Source: Neomegalonema sp.
GTDB taxonomy: Bacteria; Pseudomonadota; Alphaproteobacteria; Rhodobacterales; Rhodobacteraceae
Length of the DNA: 64,000 bases
Assembly: GCA_022760355.1 (NCBI GenBank)
Contig: JALEGB010000087.1
Location: 950 to 64,949 of the forward strand
Direction: 5' to 3'
In this document: in pieces, positions 1 to 9,694 of the stretch
Numbering within the stretch: position 1 is the stretch's first letter
Layout: each line of letters opens with the position of its first letter
Position numbers and translations under genes: made by a program
The notes under the pieces: model-generated
What the model saw: only the letters and a program-made list of their open reading frames with translations
Database searches by the model: none
What the model was told of the DNA's origin: nothing

Positions 1-850
1 CGACAGCGGCCAGGACATGCGTTCGGAAATGCTGTCGACCATGAAGAAAATGGGCGTGCCTGTTGAGAAGCACCACCACGAGGTTGCTTCGGCTCAGCAC
101 GAACTTGGCTTCAAGTTCGGCCCGATGGTCACGACCGCAGACAGCCTGCAGCTGTACAAATACTGCATCCACAACGTCGCGCACAGCTATGGTTTGAGCG
201 CAACCTTCATGCCGAAGCCAGTCAAAGACGACAACGGCACCGGCATGCACGTCCACCAGTCGATCTGGAAAGGCGGCGCGCCTCTGTTCGCCGGCAACCA
301 GTATGCAGACCTGTCGGAAGAGTGCCTGTACTATATCGGCGGCATCCTGAAGCACGCGAAAGCGCTGAACGCCTTCACCAACCCGTCGACCAACTCGTAC
401 AAGCGCCTGATCCCAGGCTTCGAGGCTCCGGTTCTGCTCGCTTACTCGGCGCGCAACCGTTCGGCTTCGTGCCGGATCCCATTCTCGCCATCGCCTAAGG
501 GCAAGCGTATCGAGACCCGTTTCCCGGATCCGACCGCAAACCCATACCTGGCCTTCGCCGCCCTGATGATGGCGGGCCTCGATGGCATCGAGAACAAGAT
601 CCATCCGGGCGAGCCGATGGACAAAGACTTGTACGCGCTGCCGCCAGAAGAGCTGAAAGACATCCCGACCGTCTGCGCATCGCTGCGTGAAGCTCTCGAA
701 AGCCTGCAAGCCGACAAAGCGTTCCTGCTCAAGGGCGGCGTGTTCACCGAAGACCAGCTCAACGCTTACATCGAACTGAAGATGGAAGAAGTTGAGTACT
801 TCGAGCACACGCCGCACCCAGCTGAGTTCGATATGTACTACTCGGTCTAA
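1..850 (+). CDS. glnA: glutamine synthetase type I, C-terminal part (5' end lies outside the window)
   Basis: The ORF is open to the window edge in the frame of the 17..850 track ORF. The translation carries GS-I catalytic-domain strings ([46 protein letters not shown]) and an adenylylation-loop-like [10 protein letters not shown]. Codon style suggests high expression, and a canonical terminator follows. Confidence 0.95.
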   Translation, partial: DSGQDMRSEMLSTMKKMGVPVEKHHHEVASAQHELGFKFGPMVTTADSLQLYKYCIHNVAHSYGLSATFMPKPVKDDNGTGMHVHQSIWKGGAPLFAGNQYADLSEECLYYIGGILKHAKALNAFTNPSTNSYKRLIPGFEAPVLLAYSARNRSASCRIPFSPSPKGKRIETRFPDPTANPYLAFAALMMAGLDGIENKIHPGEPMDKDLYALPPEELKDIPTVCASLREALESLQADKAFLLKGGVFTEDQLNAYIELKMEEVEYFEHTPHPAEFDMYYSV

Positions 851-991
851 TCCGAGCTGCTGCGCCGTCTTTGCGCTCGGCTACGGCCGGGCGCCCGCAG
901 GACTTTCGGGTCATTCGGGTAATGCGGCTTCTAAGGAGTCGCCCCTCCCCCACGAGGGCAGGCGTGTGAAGGCGAAACGGCGATTGAATGA

Positions 992-1019
992 GGCGCAGCT
1001 TTCGGGCTGCGCCTTTTTT
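992..1019 (+). terminator. Rho-independent terminator after glnA
   Basis: GGCGCAGC (992-999) pairs perfectly with GCTGCGCC (1006-1013) across a 6-nt loop and is followed by TTTTTT (1014-1019). Confidence 0.8.
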
Positions 1020-1071
1020 GCTATGAACGCGCCCTTTGCGGGCAGCGCTTGGCGCATTTTTTCATAGGTCG

Positions 1072-1098
1072 CGTCACAAAAGGCGGCGCTCGTTCGTC
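1072..1098 (+). promoter_or_regulatory. candidate ECF41-type sigma-dependent promoter
   Basis: CGTCACA (1072-1078), a 16-nt spacer, then CGTC (1095-1098), about 35 nt upstream of the AhpD-like ATG. The remembered ECF41 target motif is TGTCACA-N16-CGTC, so this is one mismatch in the -35 element. Confidence 0.55.
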
Positions 1099-1131
1099 AC
1101 AGCTGCATCCCCTCTCGAAAGGAGCAGTTCG

Positions 1132-1566
1132 ATGACCGACCCCGCAGCGCCACTCGCCTATGATCAGCATATCCCAGAAGTCTTTCAGGCCTTTATCGGC
1201 GCGCAAACAGCAGTAAGCGCCTCCGCCATACCGGCGCAGCTGGCGCATCTTGTTCGCCTACGCGCGTCGCAGCTGAATGGATGCGCCTACTGCGTCGACA
1301 TGCATTTGCGCGAAGCCCGCGCAGATGGGGAGCGCAATGAACGGCTGGACCGGCTGGTCGTCTGGCGGCATGTCCCCGACTTCACCGATCGTGAGAAGGC
1401 GGCCTTAGCTTGGGTCGAGGCGCTTACGCAGCTAAAAAGTGAGGCGAGTTACGGCCCGCTGCGCGCGCAACTGCGTCAGCATTTCTCCGACAAGGAGATC
1501 AGCAGCCTGACCGTGAACATCGCGATGATTAATCTGTGGAACCGCATCATGGCCTCCGGACATTAA
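1132..1566 (+). CDS. carboxymuconolactone decarboxylase / AhpD-like family protein
   Basis: An internal ATG at 1132 is preceded by AAGGAG (1119-1124). The translation has the AhpD-core CxxC string (LNGCAYCVDMH). The upstream part of track ORF 1036.. is Arg-rich and has no RBS. Confidence 0.85.
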   Translation: MTDPAAPLAYDQHIPEVFQAFIGAQTAVSASAIPAQLAHLVRLRASQLNGCAYCVDMHLREARADGERNERLDRLVVWRHVPDFTDREKAALAWVEALTQLKSEASYGPLRAQLRQHFSDKEISSLTVNIAMINLWNRIMASGH

Positions 1567-1568
1567 CC

Positions 1569-2486
1569 ATGGCTGACTTCCCCGCCCCCGACGATGAGGA
1601 GGGTCTGACCGAGATCTTTGCGCAGACTCGTCCAACGCTGCTGAGCATCGGCTACCGGCTTCTCGGCTCGCGCGCGGATGCCGAAGATGCGGCGCAGGAC
1701 GCCTTCCTCCGGTGGCGGGCGGCCGACCGTGCGGCCATTGCGAACCCGGCCGCATGGCTCACAACCGTCTATACCCGGCGCTGCATTGATATGCGCCGGG
1801 ACGCGCACCGCGCGCGGGTTGACTATGTCGGTGAATGGCTGCCGGAACCGATTGACGCCCCGCTGCATGAGCAAGAGGACGCGGCGCTGGCGTCCTCGCT
1901 GAACATGGCGTTTCTCCTCCTTCTTGAGCGGCTGACGCCAAAGGAGAGAGCCGCCTACCTTTTGCGTGAGATCTTTGACGCGGACTACACGACAATCGCT
2001 GCGACGTTGGGCCTAGCCGAGCCCGCATGCCGGCAGCTCGTGGCCCGCGCGAAGGCGCATATCGGCGTCCCCAAACGCCGCGCAGCGCCGTCGCTGGCGA
2101 CGCAAAAGCAGCTTCTGTCCGCCTTTCGCGCCAGCATTGAAAAGGGTGAGATCGGGCCGCTCGCCGGGCTTCTGACCGATGACATTCGCATTACATCCGA
2201 CGGAGGCGGCAAAGCGCGGGCGCTGCTGCGGCCGTTGACCGGGCTCTCGGAGGCGGAACGCTTTATCACACAGGGGCTGCGCCGCCGCTGGCCGCAGCTG
2301 AGCTGGCGCGAGACGATGCTGAACGGCGCGCTCGGCGTTCAGCTGTTCGCTGACGACGGCCTCATCGCCGCCGTGACCTTCGCCTACGCGCCGGACGGCC
2401 GCGCGACCGATATCTTTATTATGCGCAATCCGGATAAATTGGCGCGCCTGCGGGCCGCCGACCAGCAGGCGCCGCCGATCAAATAA
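1569..2486 (+). CDS. ECF sigma factor, group ECF41 (SigJ-like) with fused SnoaL-like C-terminal regulatory domain
   Basis: Sigma2/sigma4 regions are present (DAAQDAFLRW..., LTPKERAAYLLREIF). All three remembered ECF41 signature strings are present: WLPEP, DGGGK and NPDKL. The ATG at 1569 lies 2 nt after the stop of the upstream gene. Confidence 0.85.
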   Translation: MADFPAPDDEEGLTEIFAQTRPTLLSIGYRLLGSRADAEDAAQDAFLRWRAADRAAIANPAAWLTTVYTRRCIDMRRDAHRARVDYVGEWLPEPIDAPLHEQEDAALASSLNMAFLLLLERLTPKERAAYLLREIFDADYTTIAATLGLAEPACRQLVARAKAHIGVPKRRAAPSLATQKQLLSAFRASIEKGEIGPLAGLLTDDIRITSDGGGKARALLRPLTGLSEAERFITQGLRRRWPQLSWRETMLNGALGVQLFADDGLIAAVTFAYAPDGRATDIFIMRNPDKLARLRAADQQAPPIK

Positions 2487-3498
2487 TTTCCTCCATTGCC
2501 GCGACGAACGCCGGCGTAAATTGTCCATTTTCTTGGAGATAGCGCTCAGCGTCATCCAAGATGGCGTGCCCCTGCTCCAGGATTTTTTCGTCAAGCTGCG
2601 ACAGCGTCAGCGGGGCGGGGTGCGCATGCGGCGCGTCGTCGGTTGAGACCTCAGCGAACCTCGCCTCCGACCGCATCGCCTCCGGCGATCGGAACAGCCC
2701 CATTTGCTGGACCAAAAAGCCAAAATCGCCACGCGCCGCGAACTTATTGCCGCTGATGTATTTGTAGCCACGAATACCGACGACATGAACCTCAAACAGG
2801 TTTGACGCGGCGAAAATCAGAATGACGAACTGCAACGGCACGATGATGTAGGGCGACGTATTCAGCGAGAGGTCGACGCGGCCAACCAAATCAAACAGCG
2901 TCAATGTCAAAGAGTCGGCGAATACAATTAAGCCCCACATGATAAACCGAAAAAACGTCGAGAAGTCGATATCTTGAAATAGGATCAGCCAAAGGCTGAT
3001 TACGATAAAGGCGAGCCCCATCTGAAACGCTTTTAACGACGAGCGCCCCTCGCTGATCCACCGGAAAACTGCAATATTTGTGAAACTCGTTACCGAAATC
3101 GCCGCTTTGCCTTTCGCCCGGCGCGCTTTGATCAGCAACAGAAGATTGCCGCAAAACATTTGTGTTCGACCGCCTGCGCCCCAAAACATATAGACCAGCG
3201 CCCAGCATCCGACCACGAGCCCGTAGATGATGAGGGATATTAACCACTCCAAATGTATCGCCCGGAACAACAGTTTAATCGTGCAGACAAGAAATGCGAC
3301 AAAACCCAAAAACGCGATCGCCAACAAAGTAACGACGACTATTCTAATCAAGATATCGCGAACGGCATCAAACGCATCTCTGTTTTCATACTGACGGCTA
3401 ATCTCGCGATCAAAGTACAAGTACGAAGTATCGTCATCCAGAAGTTGTTGAAAAGCGGTCAAATTGAGCTTCTGCAGCCCGCTTGGCGTCTTGCTCAT
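2479..3498 (-). CDS. hypothetical polytopic membrane protein, family not recognised
   Basis: 339-aa ORF with GGGGGA just upstream of the ATG. It has about six hydrophobic helices and an acidic soluble C-terminal tail. The gene body from about 2760 to 3480 is visibly more AT-rich than its neighbours. Confidence 0.6.
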   Translation of the reverse strand: MSKTPSGLQKLNLTAFQQLLDDDTSYLYFDREISRQYENRDAFDAVRDILIRIVVVTLLAIAFLGFVAFLVCTIKLLFRAIHLEWLISLIIYGLVVGCWALVYMFWGAGGRTQMFCGNLLLLIKARRAKGKAAISVTSFTNIAVFRWISEGRSSLKAFQMGLAFIVISLWLILFQDIDFSTFFRFIMWGLIVFADSLTLTLFDLVGRVDLSLNTSPYIIVPLQFVILIFAASNLFEVHVVGIRGYKYISGNKFAARGDFGFLVQQMGLFRSPEAMRSEARFAEVSTDDAPHAHPAPLTLSQLDEKILEQGHAILDDAERYLQENGQFTPAFVAAMEEII

Positions 3499-3657
3499 CT
3501 TTCCCCCGAATCCTCTGTGCGGCCGTCCCGCCGACGCCGCCTCCGTAATTTATCTTGTCGGGATGCGGCGGTTAACCGCCCCGCCTCGCCACGCCGTAGA
3601 TTGACGTGCGCGCCAACATCTCTCAGACCGGCTGAAACCAACGCCGGAGAATGTTTG

Positions 3658-4980
3658 ATGCCATCGAATGTCGCGCTGACGGGCCTTGCCCGTGACCTTG
3701 AGGCTCGCGCCGACGCCGGGAAGCCAGTGACAGTCGGGGTGATCGGCGCGGGGCAGATGGGGGCGGATCTCGTCAGCCAGATTGCGCATATGCGCGGCAT
3801 CCGCGTCGGCGCGCTGGTCGCACGCACGCCGAGCCGCGGGCATGACGCGGTCAGGATCGCCTATGGCGACGCGAAGGAGGGCCGAGACGTCGCAACGCCG
3901 GAAGCCGCGCATCAGGCGTTGGAGCAGGGCGCGCTGCCGATTGTCGAGGATGCGCAGGTTGCGCTGAACAGTCCGCAGATCGATGTGATCGTCGACGCGA
4001 CCGGTATTCCCAGCGTTGGGGCTGAGATCGGCATGGCGACGATCGAGCATGGCAAGCATCTGGTGATGATGAATGTCGAAGCGGACGTCACGATTGGCGC
4101 CTATCTGCGGGCGGAGGCGGAGCGCAAAGGCGTCGTCTACACCGTCGGGGCCGGGGACGAGCCCTCCTCCTGCATGGAGCTGATCGAGTTCGTGTCGGCT
4201 CTCGGCCTTCCTGTCATCAGCGCCGGCAAAGGCAAGAACAACCCGCTCAATGTCGACGCGACCCCCGATCTTTACGAAGCGGAAGCGGAACGTCGCAATA
4301 TGAACCCGCGGATGCTGGTGGAGTTCGTGGATGGCTCAAAAACGATGGTTGAGATGGCGGCGATCGCGAACGCCACGGGCCTTACGCCGGACATACCGGG
4401 CATGCATGGCCCTGCGGCCGGCCCCGATGAGCTGGCCTCCACCTTGATCCCACGCGACGATGGCGGCGTTCTTTCCGCGCCGGGGCGGGTGGATTACAGC
4501 ATTGGCAAGGGCGTGGCGCCGGGCGTTTTCGTCGTAACCAAGACCGACCATCCGCGCCTGCATGAACGGTTCTCTGACCTCAAAATGGGGCCGGGCCCGT
4601 ATTTTGCGCTGATGCGCCCCTTCCATTTGACCTCGTTGGAGGTGCCGCTCTCCTGCGCCCGAGCAGTGCTGTATGGCAAAGCGGACATGCAGCCGCTGAA
4701 GCGGCCCGTGGCCGAAGTCTGCGCCGTTGCGAAGCGGGATCTGCAGCCCGGCGAGAGCTTCGATTTGATCGGCCAATATATGTACCGCTCTTGGGTTATG
4801 ACCGCCGATGCGGCGGCGGCGGCGGGGGCGACGCCTTGCGGCATGCTTGCGGGCGGCAAGGTGCTCGCGCCAGTCAAGAAAGGCGAGCTGCTGACCCGCG
4901 CCAATGCGGCGCCAGCGGCCGGGTCGAAACTGGTGGAGCTGCGCGCGCGCCAAGATGCGATGCTGCGCGCCGCGCCTTAG
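3658..4980 (+). CDS. NAD(P)-binding oxidoreductase with C-terminal SAF domain (homoserine-dehydrogenase-like, COG4091-type)
   Basis: There is a Rossmann motif VGVIGAGQMG near the proposed N-terminus, and the middle region is GAGDEPSSCMELIEF. The start is set at ATG 3658 because the upstream part of track ORF 3253.. overlaps the opposite-strand gene and looks non-protein-like. Confidence 0.75.
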   Translation: MPSNVALTGLARDLEARADAGKPVTVGVIGAGQMGADLVSQIAHMRGIRVGALVARTPSRGHDAVRIAYGDAKEGRDVATPEAAHQALEQGALPIVEDAQVALNSPQIDVIVDATGIPSVGAEIGMATIEHGKHLVMMNVEADVTIGAYLRAEAERKGVVYTVGAGDEPSSCMELIEFVSALGLPVISAGKGKNNPLNVDATPDLYEAEAERRNMNPRMLVEFVDGSKTMVEMAAIANATGLTPDIPGMHGPAAGPDELASTLIPRDDGGVLSAPGRVDYSIGKGVAPGVFVVTKTDHPRLHERFSDLKMGPGPYFALMRPFHLTSLEVPLSCARAVLYGKADMQPLKRPVAEVCAVAKRDLQPGESFDLIGQYMYRSWVMTADAAAAAGATPCGMLAGGKVLAPVKKGELLTRANAAPAAGSKLVELRARQDAMLRAAP

Positions 4981-5041
4981 AGCGTGCGCCGACCAAGTGG
5001 TTACCGGTTGGCGGGAACAGCACGCGACAAACCCAAGAGTT

Positions 5042-5080
5042 AGAGCCTTGAGCCGATCCAACCTGATCGGCGAAAGCTCT
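5042..5080. terminator. hairpin between convergent genes (possible bidirectional terminator)
   Basis: AGAGC (5042-5046) pairs with GCTCT (5076-5080), enclosing GCCGATC (5052-5058) paired with GATCGGC (5065-5071). No clear U-tract. Confidence 0.4.
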
Positions 5081-5138
5081 AGGGCGGGAATTGATAAATC
5101 TGGCCGAGCCAGCCCGTCAAACGCGCTTTTGGGGTGCG

Positions 5139-6596
5139 TCAGAACGCCATCGGCAGGGTGAGGCGCGCCTCCATGCCGCCGCCCGGCCGATTATGCAAGC
5201 TGGCTGCGCCGCGATGCGCGCGAGCGACGGCGGCGACAATCGCCAGACCAAGCCCGGACCCCGGCGCGTTCAGGTTTCGCGCGGCGTCGCCCCGCACAAA
5301 CGCGTCAAACAAATGCGCGGTCGCGCCCTCCTCCAGCCCTGGCCCCCGATCCAGCACCGAAACGACGGCGACCGGATCGCGACCACCCATCGGATCGTCG
5401 TCAATCGCCACGCACAGCTCGACCTCCGCCGGCGCCTCCGCCGACGCCCGCCCATAGCGCATCGCGTTGGAGATGAGATTGTCCAACGCCAGATGGATCG
5501 CGTGCCGATCCCCCCATATGACGGCGTCCGCCAGCGCCGGCGTCTCGATCACGCGCAAGCTTGGATGCAGCGCGGCCAACCGCTCAAAGATTGGCGCTAG
5601 TCCGGTTTCCTGCGCCTCAAGCGGCCCGCCCTCCAGGCGCGCAAGCGCAGTGCTCGCGGAAATCACCGAATCCATCGCGTCCAAATCGCGGACAATACGC
5701 TCCTGCTGGTCGGGATGATCGATCAACTCCGCCCGCAGGCGCAGTCGGGTCAGGTACGTACGCAGATCGTGCCCCAGCGCCCCGAGCATCACGGAGCGCG
5801 CCTTCAGAAGGTCCGCAAGTCGGGTCTGCATGCGGTTGAAGGCGCCGATGACCGCGCGGATCTCCTCCGGCCCATCCTCCTTCATCAGCTGCGGACGGGC
5901 CGCGCGCGCAAAACGATCCACCCGCGCCGCCAGCTCCGTCAGGGGGCGGATCTCGCGCCACATCGCCCGCACGGAAAGGAGCGCGATCAGCACCGCAATC
6001 CCCCCCGCGAGCAGGCCCAGCGGCCATCCCCACAGCCGCCGCGTCAGGTCTCCGCGGGTCTCGATGCGGACCACAGGGCCGTCCGCAAGAGTAATGTCCA
6101 GCCGCAGCGGGAGGTTGGAGAAGTTGAACCGGTCCTGACGCCCGATCGCCCAGGCCGACGCAGCGTCATCCCCCGCCCGCACCAGATAAGCGACCACGCT
6201 GCGCGGCTTGAGGTGACGCACATAATGCAGCACCGCGCGCTCAACCGGCGCGAGCCGCCGTACGCCGTCAGGCGTCCGCGCCGCCGGCGCATCAGGCCGA
6301 ATGAGCTGCACCCGCACATCGGGCGAATTGACCGCGCTCAGAACCAATTTCAGCTCCGCGGGCGCCGTTTTGCCGACCAGCTCGGCAATCGCCGCGGCTT
6401 GACCGGGCAATGGGAAACGCACGCCGGCGCCCGTGTCTCTCGCGCGCTCCCAAAACGCGCTGGCGACGCCGACCAAATGCAGCGCGATCAATGTCGAGAG
6501 GGCAAAAAGGATCAATCGAGTACGCCGCCAACGATCCATCCTTGGCGGACGCAACCAGAAGCGGCGCCGGCGCCGTGTTTGACGAGGGGGGCGCAT
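5139..6596 (-). CDS. sensor histidine kinase (TM-HAMP-HisKA-HATPase)
   Basis: H-box LGALGHDLRTYLTRL, N-box LDNLISNAMRYG, G-boxes DRGPGL and GSGLGLAIV, and two TM segments. The start is chosen at the ATG 4 nt after the response-regulator stop. Confidence 0.85.
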   Translation of the reverse strand: MRPPRQTRRRRRFWLRPPRMDRWRRTRLILFALSTLIALHLVGVASAFWERARDTGAGVRFPLPGQAAAIAELVGKTAPAELKLVLSAVNSPDVRVQLIRPDAPAARTPDGVRRLAPVERAVLHYVRHLKPRSVVAYLVRAGDDAASAWAIGRQDRFNFSNLPLRLDITLADGPVVRIETRGDLTRRLWGWPLGLLAGGIAVLIALLSVRAMWREIRPLTELAARVDRFARAARPQLMKEDGPEEIRAVIGAFNRMQTRLADLLKARSVMLGALGHDLRTYLTRLRLRAELIDHPDQQERIVRDLDAMDSVISASTALARLEGGPLEAQETGLAPIFERLAALHPSLRVIETPALADAVIWGDRHAIHLALDNLISNAMRYGRASAEAPAEVELCVAIDDDPMGGRDPVAVVSVLDRGPGLEEGATAHLFDAFVRGDAARNLNAPGSGLGLAIVAAVARAHRGAASLHNRPGGGMEARLTLPMAF

Positions 6597-6600
6597 GGGC

Positions 6601-7365
6601 TCAGACCGAAAGGGGCGAAGGACGCTGCGTGAGAATGTAGCCCGCATTGCGCACGGTTTTGATCAGGCTGGGATTTTCGGGGTCCGCCTCGATTTTGCGC
6701 CGCAATCGGCTGACCAGCATATCGACCGCCCGATCAAACGGAGTCGCGGTGCGGCCGTAAACCCGGTCCAGCAGGTGATCGCGGGAAAGCGCGCGCCCCG
6801 GCGCATCAATCAGCGCCGCGAACAGATCAAACTCGCCGCTGGTCAGCGGAATCGGTTTCCCGCCCGCGTCGATAACGCTCCTCGCCGCAAGATCGACGGT
6901 TAAACCGCCGACCTGCAGGCGCGCGACCGTCTCGTCATACGCAGAACGTTCCGCCGCGGCGAGGATAGCGGCCTTTGACGCCTCCGCCCGCCGGACCAGA
7001 GCCTTGAGGCGCGCCGTAAGTTCGCGGGGGTTGAACGGCTTCGGCAAATAGTCGTCAGCGCCCATTTCCAGCCCGATGATCCGATCGACATCCTCACTCT
7101 TGGCCGTCAGCATCAAGATTGGCAGCTGAAAACGGTCTCCCTCGTCGGCCCGCAATCGCCGACAGATCGACAGACCATCTTCTCCCGGCAGCATGATATC
7201 CAGAATCACAGCTGCGGGCATTTCTTGCGCGCGGATCGCATCCGCCTCCGCCGCATTCGCCGCCGCCGCGACCCGCCACCCTTCGCGGCTCAGCAACGCC
7301 GCCACCAACTCTCGGATCTCGGCGTCGTCCTCGACCAATAGGACCAGCCCGCTTGTCTCGCTCAT
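6601..7365 (-). CDS. OmpR-family response regulator
   Basis: Receiver domain (LLVEDD..., ILDIMLPGEDG, LMLTAK, DDYLPKPF) plus a winged-helix output domain (LTSGEFDLFAALI..., VDMLVSRLRRKIE, TVRNAGY). Confidence 0.9.
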   Translation of the reverse strand: MSETSGLVLLVEDDAEIRELVAALLSREGWRVAAAANAAEADAIRAQEMPAAVILDIMLPGEDGLSICRRLRADEGDRFQLPILMLTAKSEDVDRIIGLEMGADDYLPKPFNPRELTARLKALVRRAEASKAAILAAAERSAYDETVARLQVGGLTVDLAARSVIDAGGKPIPLTSGEFDLFAALIDAPGRALSRDHLLDRVYGRTATPFDRAVDMLVSRLRRKIEADPENPSLIKTVRNAGYILTQRPSPLSV

Positions 7366-7520
7366 CTACATCTCCCTGACGCGCGAATGAAGGCGCGCCA
7401 CTGATCGATGAGTTGACGGCTTCGATGCTAAAAAAGCCTGGATGCGCGTGCGCGACAAGCGTCGTTACCAGCCGTTACGCCGCGCCCGCCACTCCATAAT
7501 TTGGCCGCCGCTGCGCCAAG

Positions 7521-9464
7521 CTATTCATCGGCGGGGGGCGGAGGCGGGCCCGCCAGCGCCATTTGGGCGCTCAGGGCGCGGATGGCGAAACGCGCGCCGA
7601 CCCGGCTCAGATGGTGACTATCCGCAAAGTATGAGGCGAGATCCGGGGCCGCCACTTGGCATAGCGCCGCCGCGCAAAATGGAGACGCAAGCGCGATGCG
7701 CCGGGCGCCCGCCTTCTCCGCCTGCCGATACAAGCGCTCTCGCGCCGCCGCTTTGGCCAGATATCGATCCGGCAGCTTGTCGGCGCGGGCCCAGCCGCCC
7801 ACCGTCGCGCGGAAGATATAGGTCGGCGTCGTCACCCCCAGCTCCGGTCCCTGCGCAAAGACCGCCGTGCGCACGCCACGCGCCTTGAGCGCCTGGAGAG
7901 CGGCGACAAGACCGCCCTCAACACTGGGCACAGGATAGTGCCGCCAGCGCGCGAGCAGAAAAGCCTCCTTGACCTGCAACCGTTCGATCAGCTTCAGCGC
8001 CGCCGCGTTATGCGCGCCGCAATCGACGAATTTGGTTGGGTATGGGCGCTCATAGCCGAGCGCCGGCGGGCAGATGCCGGACCAGATTACATAAATGACG
8101 GCTTCACGCGCCTTCGCCCACTCGACAAAGCCCGGCGCGATCGCCCAGGCGTGGCTGTCTCCCCAAACTGCGATGACGGGCTTGCCCGGCGCAGCTTCGC
8201 CAATTCGACAACTTCTGGGATCAAGGCTTTGGCCGATATCGTCCGGCAGATCCGCGTGGAAGCTGACGCAAGCGCCCGGCGCGGCGCCATAGCGGTAGGA
8301 GTCTTTGGCCAGCAACGGCGCCAGCCCTGGATAACGCCCCGGCCAGCCGTCGCTTTCCTGCACCGCCCAGCCAAACAGAAGGATCGCGGCGATAGAAGCG
8401 GCCAGCCCGCCAAAGAAGCGCCGGCGCCGCCCCGCTCGTCGCAATGGCCGCTCAATCAGATGCAGCGACGCCGCGGAAATGGCGAAGGCGGCCGCCAACG
8501 CCAAACCGCTCTGCACCGGCGTCAGCGGGGCGCTCGACATGTAAGCCGCGGCGGCCAGAACCGGCCAGTGCCACAGATAGAAGGAGTAGGAAGCGCGCCC
8601 AATATAGACCACCACCGGGTTCGCCAGCAGCCTGTGCGCCGCGGTCTCGTCGGCCTCAAGATCTCGGCTGCGCTGGCCCGACCAGATGAACAACATCGCG
8701 CCCAATACAGGCGGCAACGCGGTCAGCCCGGGAAAGACTGTCGACGCGTCATAGAGGAAAGCGGGCGCGAGAATCAGGATCAAACCGAGCACCGCCAATG
8801 CGCAGCGCCCATGGCGCGACGCCACCCGAGGGCCGCGCAATGTCAGCAGCCCGCCGGCGACAAATTCCCACAGCCGAAAGGGGGTTAGAAAAAACGCGGC
8901 GCGGGGATCGGAATGAACGACGATCGCGGCGGCGACAAAAGACAGCGCGGCGACCCCGATCAGCCAAGCGCCGACGGGCGCTTTGCTCCATCGCAAAACG
9001 GCGACCAACAGGAGAGCGAAGAAAATATAAAACTGAAACTCAACCGCCAGCGACCAGCAATGCAGCAACCAGTAGGTATCTGGCGATGGTCCAAAATAGT
9101 CGAGATTATTGTAGAAAAAGAAGTTGGAACCGAAAACTGGAAGTAGTGAGACGCTTTCGCCAAAAAGCGCCAAATCTCGCGGGCTGCGCAATAGCGTTGA
9201 CGCAATAATCACCACGAGGGTGACGCAGATGAGCGCCGGCGCGACCCGGCGCAACCGCCGTTCCACAAAGCCAGCCAAATCAAACGCGCCGCGGCGGGAT
9301 TCGCTCAGAATGATCCCGGTGATCAGATAGCCTGAGATCACAAAGAAAATATCGACACCGAGATAGCCGCCCGTCAGCCCAAACAATTTCGCATGGTATA
9401 GCGCGACCAAAAGCACCGAGACGGCGCGCAGAGCGTCAATGTCGCGGCGATAAGGCAAACTCAT
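7521..9464 (-). CDS. acyltransferase family 3 membrane protein with C-terminal SGNH-like domain (OafA/YrhL-like)
   Basis: The N-terminus reads RRDIDALRAVSVLLVALYHA...GYLGVDIFFVISGYLIT, followed by about 10 TM helices and a soluble C-terminal domain (VWGDSHA). The start is set at ATG 9464 (MSLPYRRDIDALR). Confidence 0.85.
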   Translation of the reverse strand: MSLPYRRDIDALRAVSVLLVALYHAKLFGLTGGYLGVDIFFVISGYLITGIILSESRRGAFDLAGFVERRLRRVAPALICVTLVVIIASTLLRSPRDLALFGESVSLLPVFGSNFFFYNNLDYFGPSPDTYWLLHCWSLAVEFQFYIFFALLLVAVLRWSKAPVGAWLIGVAALSFVAAAIVVHSDPRAAFFLTPFRLWEFVAGGLLTLRGPRVASRHGRCALAVLGLILILAPAFLYDASTVFPGLTALPPVLGAMLFIWSGQRSRDLEADETAAHRLLANPVVVYIGRASYSFYLWHWPVLAAAAYMSSAPLTPVQSGLALAAAFAISAASLHLIERPLRRAGRRRRFFGGLAASIAAILLFGWAVQESDGWPGRYPGLAPLLAKDSYRYGAAPGACVSFHADLPDDIGQSLDPRSCRIGEAAPGKPVIAVWGDSHAWAIAPGFVEWAKAREAVIYVIWSGICPPALGYERPYPTKFVDCGAHNAAALKLIERLQVKEAFLLARWRHYPVPSVEGGLVAALQALKARGVRTAVFAQGPELGVTTPTYIFRATVGGWARADKLPDRYLAKAAARERLYRQAEKAGARRIALASPFCAAALCQVAAPDLASYFADSHHLSRVGARFAIRALSAQMALAGPPPPPADE

Positions 9465-9658
9465 AATCAGTCTCGCAAAAGGAGGGGAGCACGGACGCAA
9501 GACGCCACCCGATAGGAACCGATCGGCTCGTCAAAGCCGCCATGCCCGCCGAGATCAAGGCGGCTCGGCGCTCTGAACGGTGGGCCGACGGTTAAGTTGC
9601 GGCCGCGCTACGGGCGCGCGCTCCCACGGCGCGCCGCCGCCGCAACGCAGGCGCCCCC

Positions 9659-9687
9659 TTCACAAGCCGCAATGCAGGCCTTATCTT
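9659..9687 (+). promoter_or_regulatory. candidate sigma70-type promoter of ssrA
   Basis: TTCACA (9659-9664), a 17-nt spacer, then TATCTT (9682-9687). This places the transcription start near 9695, consistent with an acceptor piece of about 80 nt ending at the encoded CCA (9770). Confidence 0.4.
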
Positions 9688-9694
9688 AGCTACG

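Noticed and set aside
3253-3657. N-terminal extension of track ORF 3253..4980
   Set aside because: It overlaps the opposite-strand membrane gene and the intergenic region, and its translation looks non-protein-like. The Rossmann fold begins right after the ATG at 3658.
5715-6632. 305-aa plus-strand ORF, together with similar long antisense ORFs at 24879..25940, 28505..29329, 31632..32615, 33596..34501, 53605..54582, 59823..60875 and 61931..62836
   Set aside because: Each lies opposite a gene with a clear family assignment (histidine kinase, nuo subunits, tctC, hpa genes). Each shows the Arg/His/Pro/Gln-rich composition of high-GC shadow frames.
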